NCBI GenBank assembly: GCA_016195385.1
Contig: JACPZS010000086.1
Span: 5,671 to 69,670 of the forward strand
DNA length: 64,000 nt
Direction of reading: 5' to 3'
Source: Verrucomicrobiota bacterium
GTDB taxonomy: Bacteria > Verrucomicrobiota > Verrucomicrobiia > Limisphaerales > JACPZS01
How positions within the stretch are numbered: the stretch's first letter is position 1; each line of letters opens with the position of its first letter. A program made the position numbers and the translations under genes. Shown here one piece after another: positions 9,698 through 19,448 of the stretch. Below the pieces are notes generated by a model. The model saw nothing but the letters and a program-made list of their open reading frames with translations, was not told the origin of the DNA and ran no database searches.

Positions 9698-10591
9698 ATG
9701 AAGGTTCGTTCGGGTTCGCTTGAAAAGCGCCGTGTCCGTCCGCGACAGCGAGCGGGTTTCACGCTCATCGAACTGCTCGTCGTAATCGCCATTATCGCCA
9801 TCCTGGCGAGCCTGTTGTTGCCGGCCTTAGCGCAAGCCAAGGCCAAGGCGCAGGCCATCACCTGCCTGAACAATCATCGGCAGTTGCTGCTCGCATGGAA
9901 GCTTTACGCGGATGACAACGAAGAGCGCCTGCCGGGTGCCGGCCGTGGTCAAATCATCGGGAATGGCGAACTGGCCAGTTGGAGCGGCGACAACTGGGAG
10001 GTTTTATATCCTTATCAGTATGAAGGGAATTGGAACGCCGAGAAATTTCTGACGCGCAGTCCGCTCTGGCCGTATTGCGGCCGTTCTTTTTCAATCTTCC
10101 GCTGCCCCAGTGACAAAAGCATCGGCATTGACGATCGGGGCAGACGCGTTCCGCGCATCCGCAGCGTGTCGATGAACAATTGGGTTGGCGGACCGGAATG
10201 GGCCGCCTCCGGTCCGGGATGGATCGTTTATCGGAAGGCGACCGACATGAACTCTCCGGGATCGGCGAGCACGTGGGTTTTTCTCGACGAACGCGCGGAT
10301 AGCATCGACGACGGCTGTTTTTTTGTGGACATGAAGGGTTACTCCAACAAGCCAGATGCGCTTCGGATGATGGATTATCCAGCCGCCTATCACAACGGTT
10401 CCTGCACCTTCGCGTTCGCGGACAGTCACGCGGAATTCAAACGCTGGCGGGATTCGCGAACCACGCCGCCTTTTTCACCAGCCGGCCTGAGCTTTCTCAC
10501 TCAACGCAACATTGCCATGCCGGCGAACAATGACATCGCCTGGCTCCAGGAACGAAGCACTCGCAATACGTCCGCCAGTGCGAATTATTGA
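9698..10591 (+). CDS. prepilin-type N-terminal cleavage/methylation protein, DUF1559 / H-X9-DG pseudopilin-like
   Basis: The class III signal [27 protein letters not shown] is present. A C-terminal [12 protein letters not shown] (H-X9-DS) is followed by HAEFKRWRD. This architecture is typical of the PVC-expanded family. Confidence 0.9.
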   Translation: MKVRSGSLEKRRVRPRQRAGFTLIELLVVIAIIAILASLLLPALAQAKAKAQAITCLNNHRQLLLAWKLYADDNEERLPGAGRGQIIGNGELASWSGDNWEVLYPYQYEGNWNAEKFLTRSPLWPYCGRSFSIFRCPSDKSIGIDDRGRRVPRIRSVSMNNWVGGPEWAASGPGWIVYRKATDMNSPGSASTWVFLDERADSIDDGCFFVDMKGYSNKPDALRMMDYPAAYHNGSCTFAFADSHAEFKRWRDSRTTPPFSPAGLSFLTQRNIAMPANNDIAWLQERSTRNTSASANY

Positions 10592-10636
10592 CTTGAGGCC
10601 GTGGTCCAAAAGAGATCTTCAGACTTGCCAAGCGAT

Positions 10637-11734
10637 ATGAAACGGCTTCTCCACAGCTTGCTCTTGGCGCTTTTCACTTTCTGGGGTTTCAGCGCATGCG
10701 GCGCGACGGCGCAAGTGCATCTTTATTGCATGTCGGTGCATTTTGACCGCACGGATTTGTACGTGGGCGATCAAGACTACTTCGTCGAGTTCATCGCGGA
10801 TTTGGCCCGCAGTCCTTACGATGGCGAGCTCGCGCCCAACCCCGTTTTCAAGACGAACGAGGTGAAAGGCTTTTATCATTTTTATCTCCCCGGAGCTGAC
10901 ATCCCGACACGCGATGATCTCGTGTTGGGCGTGCCGTTGGGCCTGGATTCCAATAACAATGGCGTTGATGATTTCTATGAATCTGCCGTTGCCTTGGATC
11001 TTGTCACCACCAGCGGGGTTTTCGAAGACGGCACGGGCAATGGGCGTCCGGCGGGTCTCTTCGCCACGTGGAGCCGCGACGCGGGTTCCGACTCGGGCGT
11101 GTGCACCATGCAATTCGACACGGCTTTGGGACTCAGCACCTGGTCGGTCAATTTTCGCGTCCGGGAATTTTCCGGCACGTTGGATTACGCGCGTCAAGGA
11201 GTCAATGCCGTGGGCTTGATCTCCCTCGCCGACGGACACGGGCAATCACTGACCGGCCAATTGCAGGTGTCTTCGGCCAAGACGAATCAAATAAGCATGC
11301 TGAGCGGCGAATGGAACTTGGGAAACCAGGGAGTTTTCGTGACTCCAGTGTCAATGCTGGATCGCCGCGGTTCTAATTATTTCGGAAAAATCATGCTCTC
11401 GGATGGTGACTTGACCACAACCTACCCGGATTACCTGCAGTGGATACTTCACATCACGGATCCGAACGACGCCGACCACAACGGGATTCCTGACTTGACA
11501 GATCGGGTACATCAGTCGCAGAGCGCGCAACTGACAATTACCCGCGGCAGCAGCGGATTGGCGCTGACCATCGAAGGGGAAACCGGTAATTCATACGAAA
11601 TTCAAGCGACTCCTGTGCTCAATTCGTCCACCTGGCTGCCGGTTCAAAGTGTGACGCTGACGAATTCAATTCAAATGCTGGTTCTGCCGCTGCCCACCAA
11701 CGCGACCGCATTCTGGAGGTTGCGATCGTTGTAG
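10637..11734 (+). CDS. exported hypothetical protein, paralog of 6271..7440 (P-family copy 2)
   Basis: The ORF track starts at a GTG at 10601. The ATG at 10637 gives the signal peptide MKRLLHSLLLALFTFWGFSACG. Motifs DSNNNGVDDFYE, DPNDADHNGIPDLTD and RRGSNYFG are present, and the protein ends AFWRLRSL. It starts 45 nt after the pseudopilin-like gene stop. Confidence 0.8.
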   Translation: MKRLLHSLLLALFTFWGFSACGATAQVHLYCMSVHFDRTDLYVGDQDYFVEFIADLARSPYDGELAPNPVFKTNEVKGFYHFYLPGADIPTRDDLVLGVPLGLDSNNNGVDDFYESAVALDLVTTSGVFEDGTGNGRPAGLFATWSRDAGSDSGVCTMQFDTALGLSTWSVNFRVREFSGTLDYARQGVNAVGLISLADGHGQSLTGQLQVSSAKTNQISMLSGEWNLGNQGVFVTPVSMLDRRGSNYFGKIMLSDGDLTTTYPDYLQWILHITDPNDADHNGIPDLTDRVHQSQSAQLTITRGSSGLALTIEGETGNSYEIQATPVLNSSTWLPVQSVTLTNSIQMLVLPLPTNATAFWRLRSL

Positions 11735-11895
11735 CATTGCGGCGGTGTGGTTGCTCGACAGCACAGGTCATGGTTTAGCCCCTGCTGACGAAGTTGAGTC
11801 GGATCGGACCGTCGGCACGTTGCGCTTTTAACGGAACGACGCCTGTCCCACCTGTCGTGTCGTCGTACGTTGAGCCGTCCAACTCCATCGTTGAG

Positions 11896-12732
11896 TCAGT
11901 TGTGAACGGTGGTTCTCTGCTGCAGCCAAATCACATCGTTGTTCAGCGGCGAGGGATCGTCGTGTTTTCCAATGTTCAAGAGATCGGGGTTGAAAGTTCG
12001 CGCGTCTCGCCAGCGATGACTTTCCACGTGGCCGTCCGCGAAGGAATTATCGCTCGATTGAGCATGGTAGCTGGCCGGGTAATGGTAAATTCGCAATCGC
12101 CTTCCCCCGTCCATGTAAACGCCAAAGTAAGGCCGGTCAATGCTGTCCGGGTGAACCTCTTCAATCACCAATAAACCGGCCGGCGATGGAGCGGCGATGG
12201 CGGAAGTTTTTTGAAACACTTTGTAATTGTCGGCATCGGGTATGCCTCGATTGGGCGCGCCACTCCAGCCGACGTACGCGTTCATCGCGTAGCTGCGGAC
12301 ACGCGGCAGGTCAATTCGTCCGCTGGTGCCCGGCGTTCGGTCAGACGGGCACTTGTAGATGCTGCTGGCGGTGATGTACGTGGCGAACAGCGCGTATTGC
12401 GGGTCGATCAGCAGCAGTGTGTTCGTCGCGTCATTGGGGCTGAGTCGGAAGCTTCCGCGAATCCACGTTTTCGTGTCCAAACCCGTGCCATTGGCAGCAA
12501 GGGCATCCTCATTATCGCCGGCGTAGAGCGCCCCGGTGAGCGCCAACTGTTTCAAGTTGCTCACGCACTTAATCCGGCGCGCGGATTCCTTCGCCCGGGC
12601 CAGGGCTGGAAGTAATAGACTTGCCAGAATCGCGATGATGGCGATTACGACGAGCAGCTCGATGAGCGTGAAGCCGGCTCGCGGTCCCGGACGGACACGG
12701 GATTGTTTGTGCGAACCGGAACGAATGTTCAC
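11896..12732 (-). CDS. prepilin-type N-terminal cleavage/methylation protein, DUF1559 / H-X9-DG pseudopilin-like
   Basis: [27 protein letters not shown] is present, with an exact H-X9-DG ([12 protein letters not shown]) followed by HVESHRWRD. The ORF track starts at a TTG at 12771. I prefer the GTG at 12732 because [15 protein letters not shown] then aligns with [15 protein letters not shown] of the paralog. Confidence 0.88.
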   Translation of the reverse strand: MNIRSGSHKQSRVRPGPRAGFTLIELLVVIAIIAILASLLLPALARAKESARRIKCVSNLKQLALTGALYAGDNEDALAANGTGLDTKTWIRGSFRLSPNDATNTLLLIDPQYALFATYITASSIYKCPSDRTPGTSGRIDLPRVRSYAMNAYVGWSGAPNRGIPDADNYKVFQKTSAIAAPSPAGLLVIEEVHPDSIDRPYFGVYMDGGRRLRIYHYPASYHAQSSDNSFADGHVESHRWRDARTFNPDLLNIGKHDDPSPLNNDVIWLQQRTTVHN

Positions 12733-12780
12733 CGTACGCTTGGAGCAGACTGCTGAGGGCTGGTTTTGCAAACGATGCTG

Positions 12781-12826
12781 GTTTTACACGATGGGAAGAA
12801 ACCCGCAACATTGTATTTTGACTCAA
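12781..12826 (-). promoter_or_regulatory. conserved upstream element of pseudopilin-like genes (copy 2)
   Basis: The reverse complement reads TTGAGTCAAAATACAATGTTGCGGGTTTCTTCCCATCGTGTAAAAC. It ends 48 nt upstream of the GTG at 12732 and shares TTGAGTC and the 15-nt core TTGCGGGTTTCTTCC with 9611..9657. Confidence 0.45.
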
Positions 12827-13231
12827 CGATCAGGGCGCTTATCCGCGCATGCAATGCCGAAACTCATCAGCCGGAAAACTTCGTCGAAACGAGGACTGTC
12901 AATCTCGCGTTCAGACAAGACTGCCAATGCCTATACTCGTTCACCCTCAAACTCAGTAACCTGAACGAAGATGCAAACCGGCGGCTTCCTGCGAAGAAGT
13001 TCCAATGATTGTCCGGGCGAAAAATCTGGCGACGCGTTTTCATAAAACTTTTCCATCTCCGCCACTTTTTTGTTGCATCCTTGCTTTTGCTGTGCTGACA
13101 TCACCCCGTTCCAGTAAAAATTAGGCAAAGAAATGTCGAGTTCAATGAATACCTTTGGGGTGATTCGCCCTTGCTTGGTAGATGCTTTTTGTTGTTCTTC
13201 GGCTGACTAACCCAAAAAACCTGAGAGTACT

Positions 13232-15963
13232 ATGCGACAAACACTGCTCACAAAAATAACCCTAGGCGGCTTGCTGCTCGTTGCGGCAGGCGCTTTCTCA
13301 ACTCACGCCGCCGCACCCCCGGGACCCCAGGGGGCCGTTACCGCCAAAGAGTTCTTGGACATTGGCGGCACGGCCATCCAACCGATGCGAGACGACCCTC
13401 GCTTCCCGAACAGCCCGAGCGGCACCTACTATCCACCACGCTTGGAATGGCCCACCGGATCGGATGACGCCACGCCTCCGGCTGGCAACGTGAAAGACAA
13501 TTACGGCGTGCTGATTCAGGGTTACATTTACCCGCCAGCGGATGGCGATTACATCTTCGCCATCGCGACAGACGACAACGGCGAGTTTTGGTTGAGCACC
13601 GACGACACTCCGGCAAAGATTGCGCAAATCTGCGCTGAACCACAGTGGAACCCGGTGCGCCAGTTTAGTGCCTTGGATCGCCGCAACCCGGACGCCCCGG
13701 AAAACGTTTCTGCGAAAATCAAACTTGCCAAAGGCAAAGCTTACTACTTCGAAGCCTTGATGAAAGAAGGCGGCGGCGGTGACAACCTGGCGATTGCGTG
13801 GACCGGACCGAATCCGGCGGCTGCGCCTCAAAATAACGACATTCCAATTATCGGAAAGTACCTGGCCACGGTCGATAAAACATTTGCCACGCCGGAAGTG
13901 CTGGCCTCCAGTGCGAATCTGTTTGGCGTTAGCTTCACCGTAGTTGAAGGCGGTGGCACGGCTGCCACGCTCGATGCTGCCTCGGTGAAAGTGACGATCG
14001 ACGGAGTTGCCGCAGCCGCGACAACCACCAAGGATGTCTCGATTAATAGCATCACCACAAAGCCGCAACGCCGTTCGCTTCGGACTCCAAGCACACGGCG
14101 GTGCTTTCGGCCAAAGACTCCAAGGGTGGCGCTGTCGGTGCTACCTTCTCCTTCACAACCGAGCATTACGGCACACTCACGCCGGACTTGAAGGTCAATG
14201 CGGACAAAAGCAAGCCTGGCTTCATATTTAATGCCAGCCAAGTTTCTCTGGGAGACCCGAATTCGCTGGCATTCCTCGAGAAGCAGCTCAATGGCACGCT
14301 TAAAGACGCGGACGGGAACAGTGTGGCCAACGATGCGGATCCTTCGTCTATTGGAAACGCCAAAGGTGCCGGCAAAGTTGTTGGCCCTCTCGTTCAGTTT
14401 GAAGTTGAAGGCGTTATCAACTACGACTCGACATCCGATGCAGGTGCCAACGGCAATTTCCAGCCTGACATCCGTATGCCTGGTTTCCCTGGCACGGGTG
14501 GCAGCACGGATAACGCAGGTGCGGAAGTATTGACCTTTGTTGATCTTCCGGCCGGCTTTCTGACGATGGGTGTCAACAGCGACGACGGCTTCCGAGTCAC
14601 TGCTGGCAATGTTGGCGATGCGCTCGCGGCAATTAACCTTGGGCAATTCGATGGCGGTCGTGGCGCGTCAGACACACTCTTCGATGTGTATGTTGCCGAA
14701 GCCGGCACTTATGCGCTGCGTTGCATCTGGGAAAACGGCGGTGGTGGTTCCAACCTTGAATGGTTCACCATCGTCAACGGTAAAAAAGTTCTCCTCAACG
14801 ATGCCGCGAACGGAGGCCTAAAAGCCTATCGCGCCCTCGCCGCCGGAGCCAGTAGTCCAGTGGTGGTCAAGTCCGTTTCGCCCACACCCGGCCAACTAGA
14901 AGTGAGTACTGCTCCCACGATTACGGTGATCCTCGCGGATGGCGCGGCGAAAGTTGATAAAGCATCAGTCAAACTGAACGTCGCTGGCAAAGATGTCGCG
15001 GCGAAGGTTGACCAGGCGGGTGGTACCACGACCGTCAGCTACACGGTTTCACCTGACTTCGACACCGCCACGACAGTCGCTGCATCATTGAGCTTCAAAG
15101 ATACTGCGGGTGCTTCGCGCACCGCGACGTGGAACTTCACCACCACCGTACTTGGCAAAGAAGCCCTCTACATCGAAGCGGAAGACTTCAACTTCGGTGG
15201 TGGCCAATGGGTGCAAGACAAGAACATCGGCATGGACAAGAAGCCCTATGCTGGTGGTGACTACAAAGACCTCGGCACCGATGCGGATGCGGAAATCGAT
15301 TATCACAACCCCGGTGGCAACGCCGGCCAAGCCTATCGTTCTGGAACTGGTGTTGCGGCGGGCAAGGAAAACGGCTCGGCTGGTTCCTTCCGTGGTTACT
15401 TCGATGTGACCGATTGGTGGACGGTCGGCTGGAACGACGCGGGTGACTGGCAGAACTACACTCGCAAATTCCCGACACCCGCCGCGAAGTACAACGTCTT
15501 TGGACATGTCTCATCGGGTGGAAGTCCGATCGACTTCGAGTTGGCGCAAGTCACCTCGGATCCAACCAAACCGGATCAGACCACCAAGCTCCTCGCGGAA
15601 ATCAAACCTGGCCGTGCCACCGCTGGCTGGGATACGTTGGAAATCTTCCCATTCACGACTCCGGGAACTCAGGACTTGGCTGTGGTCGAACTTGGTGGGT
15701 TGACCACCTTGCGCATCACGTTGCCGGGTGGCAACGGCGATATCGACTACATCGTCTTCTCACCGGCAAAAGCTGTTACTCCCCCAACCAATCCGCCCAA
15801 GTTGGGCATTGCGGCCACCGGTGGCAAAGTGGTCATCACGTATGAAGGAACGCTCCAAGGTTCCGATACGGTCAACGGCACATTCGCCGATGTGGCCGGG
15901 GCGACAAGTCCCTTCACAGCCGATACATCCAAAGCGGCGAAATTCTACAAAGCCAGACGGTAG
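13232..15963 (+). pseudogene. PA14 + Ig-like + CBM6-like giant exported protein, interrupted by a single-nucleotide frameshift (or assembly error)
   Basis: Two overlapping ORFs (13232..14191 and 14101..15963) lie in frames differing by -1. The first has a signal peptide and a PA14 signature (GYIYPPADGDYIFAIATDDNGEFWLSTDD ... KEGGGGDNLAIAW), then decays into an Arg/Pro/Ser-rich tail after ...DVSINSITTK. The second frame is open from 14050 and reads on sensibly (AATPFASDSKHTAVLSAKDSKGG...). Adding one A to the A-run at 14059-14061 fuses them into about 910 aa, similar in length and C-terminal architecture to 16513..19332. Confidence 0.7.
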
Positions 15964-15985
15964 TTTGGTCCAGTGGGAACTAATT

Positions 15986-16018
15986 GAGGCCGGACGAAAG
16001 TCCGGCCTCTTTTGTTTT
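15986..16018 (+). terminator. Rho-independent terminator
   Basis: Perfect 10-bp GC-rich stem GAGGCCGGAC / GTCCGGCCTC with a GAAA tetraloop, followed by TTTTGTTTT. It starts 23 nt after the stop codon. Confidence 0.85.
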
Positions 16019-16512
16019 CGGGTGGTCACCCGCTCGATTGCGCTATCAACGAAAGCGTCTTAACAATCCTGACTCGGTGCGTGCAAAATCCGCTGCTCTG
16101 GTTCAGCGATGGTCCAGAATATTCCGGCTCAGTCTGAACGCAAAGTCCTCTTTGCTGATCGGCCCGTCGGACTTGCTGGCCGGGGCAAGCACCGACTGCT
16201 ACGAGGTGCGCATTGCCGGGTTTCGGGCCGTCACGTCACCGTCAGTCAAGTTGCGCTGGATCGAAGCATTCCGGTTGAGCGTTTCTGCCGGAGTGATGCG
16301 AGAAATGTGTCGCAGAAAATTTTATTTGCAAAAGAGATCACCGTGTGCTGTGATGTGCGGCGTTCCAAAAAAATTGGTCTAGTGAAAATGTCGATGCCAA
16401 CAGACTTTGCTTCAGCACCAAGTGCTGAGGTCTTGCGAACTGCCGGCGGATGTCTTTATCGGTCTGCCGGCTGGCATCATTAAAAGCATAAAACCTCAAA
16501 ACAAGCTAAGTC

Positions 16513-19332
16513 ATGAAAGATACGTTAACTATCCCTCCCAGATTGGCTTCATCTCCGCGAGGAGTGAAGGCTCGGTTTGTCCCCGGCCTGCTGGCTGCGG
16601 TCGGCATGTTGCTCGGCCTCGGTTCCGCACGCGCGGGCACGGTAACTTACGACTTCAAAACGGATCCCACCACGGGTCCCAACGCGATTCAAGTGTTCCA
16701 GAGCGGGTTCGCCGATGATTCCGGCAACTCCGTCTATTGGAAGGATTCCGGCGGCAATCCGGATGGCTTCCTGGCCATCACCTGGCCGCTCGGCAGCTCC
16801 AGCACGATCGCGATCTTCCCCGACATTGACGGCGGAAAGACCGTGACGGCGTTCAAGTTTGAAACCGATCTGCGCATTGGAAATCCGCAACAGAACGTGC
16901 GCGCGGCGGATGGTTTCAGTATTAACTTTGCCCGCAGTAGCGATGATGTGTTCGTGAATCACGCGTCGAGCGACTTCGCCACTTCCGGCGCGGTCGAAAC
17001 CGGCACGAAGACCGGCTTGGCGATCAGCTTCGATACGTGGTCGGGAAACACCCTGCCCGACGGAGCCGACATCGAAGGCATCATCGTTCGCGTGGACAAT
17101 GTGACCGTCCTGCGCTACGGGATGCCCACGCGCAACGGGGATTGCAACGATACCACCTCGCTGCAGACCGGGCCGAGAGATACTGCCTACTGGGAAGATC
17201 CCACCACAGGTGCCAAGAATGCCGGCACACTCCCTGGTGCCGCCTTTTTGCCTGCCTCTTGGGCGGGTCTCTGCTGGCAACATCTGAGCGTCGAACTTGA
17301 CGACCAGTCCAAATTGACGGTGATCTGGAAGGGTAAAACGATCCTCGACCACTTTCAGACCTCATTCTTCCCATCGCCGGGTGGAATTGTTCTCGCTGGA
17401 CGCACCGGTGGCGCTGATGAACATACTCACTTCGACAATCTCAAACTCACCACGACTGCCTCCACCGATGCCAAACCGCCTACTGCAGCGTCCAACCTCA
17501 AAGCAGCCAGCATCAAAGCGCGAAAAGTCGTGCTGACGTGGGATCCGGCGACTGACGATTCAGGCCGGGTTGGTTACAACATCTATCGCGACGGAACATT
17601 GCTGGCTACGAGCGTGTCCCCCACTTATACCGACCGGGCGGTCTCGCCGACCAAGACCTACTCCTATGCAGTTGAAGCTATTGACCCTTCGCAAAATAAA
17701 GCGGCCAAAACTGCGCCTCTCTCGGTTACCACGCTGGCTGAAGCGCTGATTCCGCTCAAAGGTTATGCGACCTTTGAAACTTGGGATAATATCGGCACCA
17801 CTGCGGTTGATGCCCTGACGTCGGATGCGCGATATCCGGATTCACCGACTTTCAAGTCCCTCGCTACCGCGTTGGATACGCGGACCGTTTATGCGGATGA
17901 CAGCCACGAGAATTACGGCGGCCGGATGACGGCTTTGTTGACGCCCACAGACACGGCGAACTACGACTTCTTCCTCCGCAGCGATGACGCCTCGCAATTG
18001 TGGTTGAGCACGGATGACAAGCCGGCGAATTTGGCGCAAATTGCCGAAGAGACGGGCTGTTGCGCGGCGTTCCAGGAACCCGGCGATCCCCGGACAACCG
18101 CCGCGCCCATCAAACTGACGGCCGGCAAGTCTTACTATGTCCAGGTGCTCTGGAAAGAAGGTGGTGGTGGTGATTATGCCCAAGTCGCTTGGCGGAAAGC
18201 AGGTGATACCACGGCAGCGTCGCTGTTGTCCCCGATTCCAGGGTCGTTCCTCTCCACTCAAGGAGACCCGACTGCTGGCCCGCCCGTTATCACCAAGAAG
18301 CCCGCTGGAACCGAAGCCGCCATCGGTGGCTCGGCGACCTTCACGGTGGAGTCCACAGTTGGGGAAGATCCAAAGACCTACCAGTGGTCTCATGGTGGAT
18401 CGGCCATCGCCGGTGCGACTAGTGCGTCCTACACCCTCAACAATGTGGCCATTTCGGATCTTGGACTCTACACAGTGACGGTTAGTAATGGTGAGGGTTC
18501 GGTTTCGGCCAGTGCCGCCTTGTTCATCAAAGGCACCCTGTTCATCGAAGCGGAAGACTTCGATTACGGTGGCGGAAAGACTATCACGGACAAGCCCATT
18601 GGAATGACCGGCAAGTATCCCGGCGGTGATTTCCGTGATTTGGGAACCGATGCAGATGCCGACATCGATTGGCATAACGGTGGCAACGCTGGCCAGCCCT
18701 ATCGCCCCAATACAGCAGTCGCGGCCGGCAAACCGAATCAGCACCCCGATGGCATTCCTCGTGGCTCCTTCGACGTTACTGTCAATCACGTAGTCGGTTG
18801 GAACGATGACGGCGATTGGCAGAATTACTCCCGCACCTTCCCGGCGGCGGCGGACTACAACATCTATGGCCGCTTGTCCTCCGGTGGCAATCCGATTCAT
18901 TCCGAGCTCGATGAAGTAACGGCGGGCTTTGGCACGGCCAATCAAACCCTCTCCAAAATTGGCGAGTTCAATCCTAAGCGCGCAACTGCGGGCTGGGATA
19001 GCATGGAATACTTCCCGCTGGTTGACGACGCTGGAAAGCCAGTGGTGATTAAAGGTTGGGGCGGCAAGAAAACCATCCGATGGACCGCCCTCCCAGGTGC
19101 AAACCAGGACATTGATTACATCATGTTCATCCCGGCTGCTGCTGCTTCCAACGGTGGGGGCGCTCCCAAGTTGAGCGTCGCTGTTGTCGCTGGCAAAGTC
19201 GTCATTACCTTTGAAGGCACTCTTCAAGGTTCGGACACGGTCAACGGCACATTCGCCGATGTGGCTGGAGCGACCAGTCCCTTTACGGCCGACACCAGCA
19301 AAGGCGCCAAGTTCTACAAAGCGAAGCGATAG
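16513..19332 (+). CDS. giant exported lectin-like protein: ConA/LamG-like + fibronectin III + PA14 + Ig-like + CBM6-like + conserved C-terminal module
   Basis: 939 aa with a signal peptide (...LLAAVGMLLGLGSARAG). There is a lectin-like N-domain (ADGFSINFAR) and an FN3-like segment (KVVLTWDPATDDSGRVGYNIYRDG). PA14 is marked by YDFFLRSDDASQLWLSTDD ... KEGGGGDYAQVAW. An Ig-like segment contains YTLNNVAISDLGLYTVTVSN. The CBM6-like part reads FIEAEDFDYGGG ... GWNDDGDWQNY. The last 55 aa are nearly identical to the end of 13232..15963. Confidence 0.9.
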   Translation: MKDTLTIPPRLASSPRGVKARFVPGLLAAVGMLLGLGSARAGTVTYDFKTDPTTGPNAIQVFQSGFADDSGNSVYWKDSGGNPDGFLAITWPLGSSSTIAIFPDIDGGKTVTAFKFETDLRIGNPQQNVRAADGFSINFARSSDDVFVNHASSDFATSGAVETGTKTGLAISFDTWSGNTLPDGADIEGIIVRVDNVTVLRYGMPTRNGDCNDTTSLQTGPRDTAYWEDPTTGAKNAGTLPGAAFLPASWAGLCWQHLSVELDDQSKLTVIWKGKTILDHFQTSFFPSPGGIVLAGRTGGADEHTHFDNLKLTTTASTDAKPPTAASNLKAASIKARKVVLTWDPATDDSGRVGYNIYRDGTLLATSVSPTYTDRAVSPTKTYSYAVEAIDPSQNKAAKTAPLSVTTLAEALIPLKGYATFETWDNIGTTAVDALTSDARYPDSPTFKSLATALDTRTVYADDSHENYGGRMTALLTPTDTANYDFFLRSDDASQLWLSTDDKPANLAQIAEETGCCAAFQEPGDPRTTAAPIKLTAGKSYYVQVLWKEGGGGDYAQVAWRKAGDTTAASLLSPIPGSFLSTQGDPTAGPPVITKKPAGTEAAIGGSATFTVESTVGEDPKTYQWSHGGSAIAGATSASYTLNNVAISDLGLYTVTVSNGEGSVSASAALFIKGTLFIEAEDFDYGGGKTITDKPIGMTGKYPGGDFRDLGTDADADIDWHNGGNAGQPYRPNTAVAAGKPNQHPDGIPRGSFDVTVNHVVGWNDDGDWQNYSRTFPAAADYNIYGRLSSGGNPIHSELDEVTAGFGTANQTLSKIGEFNPKRATAGWDSMEYFPLVDDAGKPVVIKGWGGKKTIRWTALPGANQDIDYIMFIPAAAASNGGGAPKLSVAVVAGKVVITFEGTLQGSDTVNGTFADVAGATSPFTADTSKGAKFYKAKR

Positions 19333-19355
19333 CGACGTTTGACATCATTCACGAA

Positions 19356-19387
19356 GAGGCCGGACGAAAGTCCGGCCTCTTTTTTTT
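19356..19387 (+). terminator. Rho-independent terminator (same hairpin as 15986..16009)
   Basis: Identical stem-loop GAGGCCGGAC-GAAA-GTCCGGCCTC followed by eight T residues. Confidence 0.88.
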
Positions 19388-19448
19388 CAGGGCATGTTCG
19401 CTCCTTTCATTTGTTGAAAAATCGCACGAAGCATTGAAGACTCAAACC

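Noticed and set aside
12931-13101. Possible 56-codon small gene (MSAQQKQGCNKKVAEMEKFYENASPDF...) on the minus strand in the AT-richer spacer, with a GGGG 3 nt upstream of the ATG.
   Set aside because: It has no recognisable motif. A competing plus-strand ORF (12766..13008) overlaps it, and the length is too short for codon-usage judgement by eye. Conservation or ribosome-profiling evidence is needed.
14050-14065. Programmed -1 ribosomal frameshifting as the explanation for the split PA14 gene.
   Set aside because: There is no X-XXY-YYZ slippery heptamer at the frame junction and no obvious downstream stimulatory hairpin or pseudoknot. A one-base change in an A-run is the simpler explanation.
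16472-16488. TGGCAT-N-AAGCA upstream of the 939-aa lectin-like gene as a sigma-54 promoter.
   Set aside because: The GG-to-GC spacing is 11 nt (one off), and the -12 region lacks TTGC.
16019-16512. ~500-bp spacer between the two giant genes. It has coding-like GC content and a minus-strand frame reading ...RITPAETLNRNASIQRNLTDGDVTARNPAMRTS-stop-QSVLAPASKSDGPISKEDFAFRLSRNILDHR-stop, possibly a gene relic.
   Set aside because: It has no intact ORF of 60 codons or more on that strand, no start codon or motif I recognise, and the plus-strand ORFs (15984..16382, 16109..16483) look random. It cannot be supported as a gene or pseudogene without homology searches.
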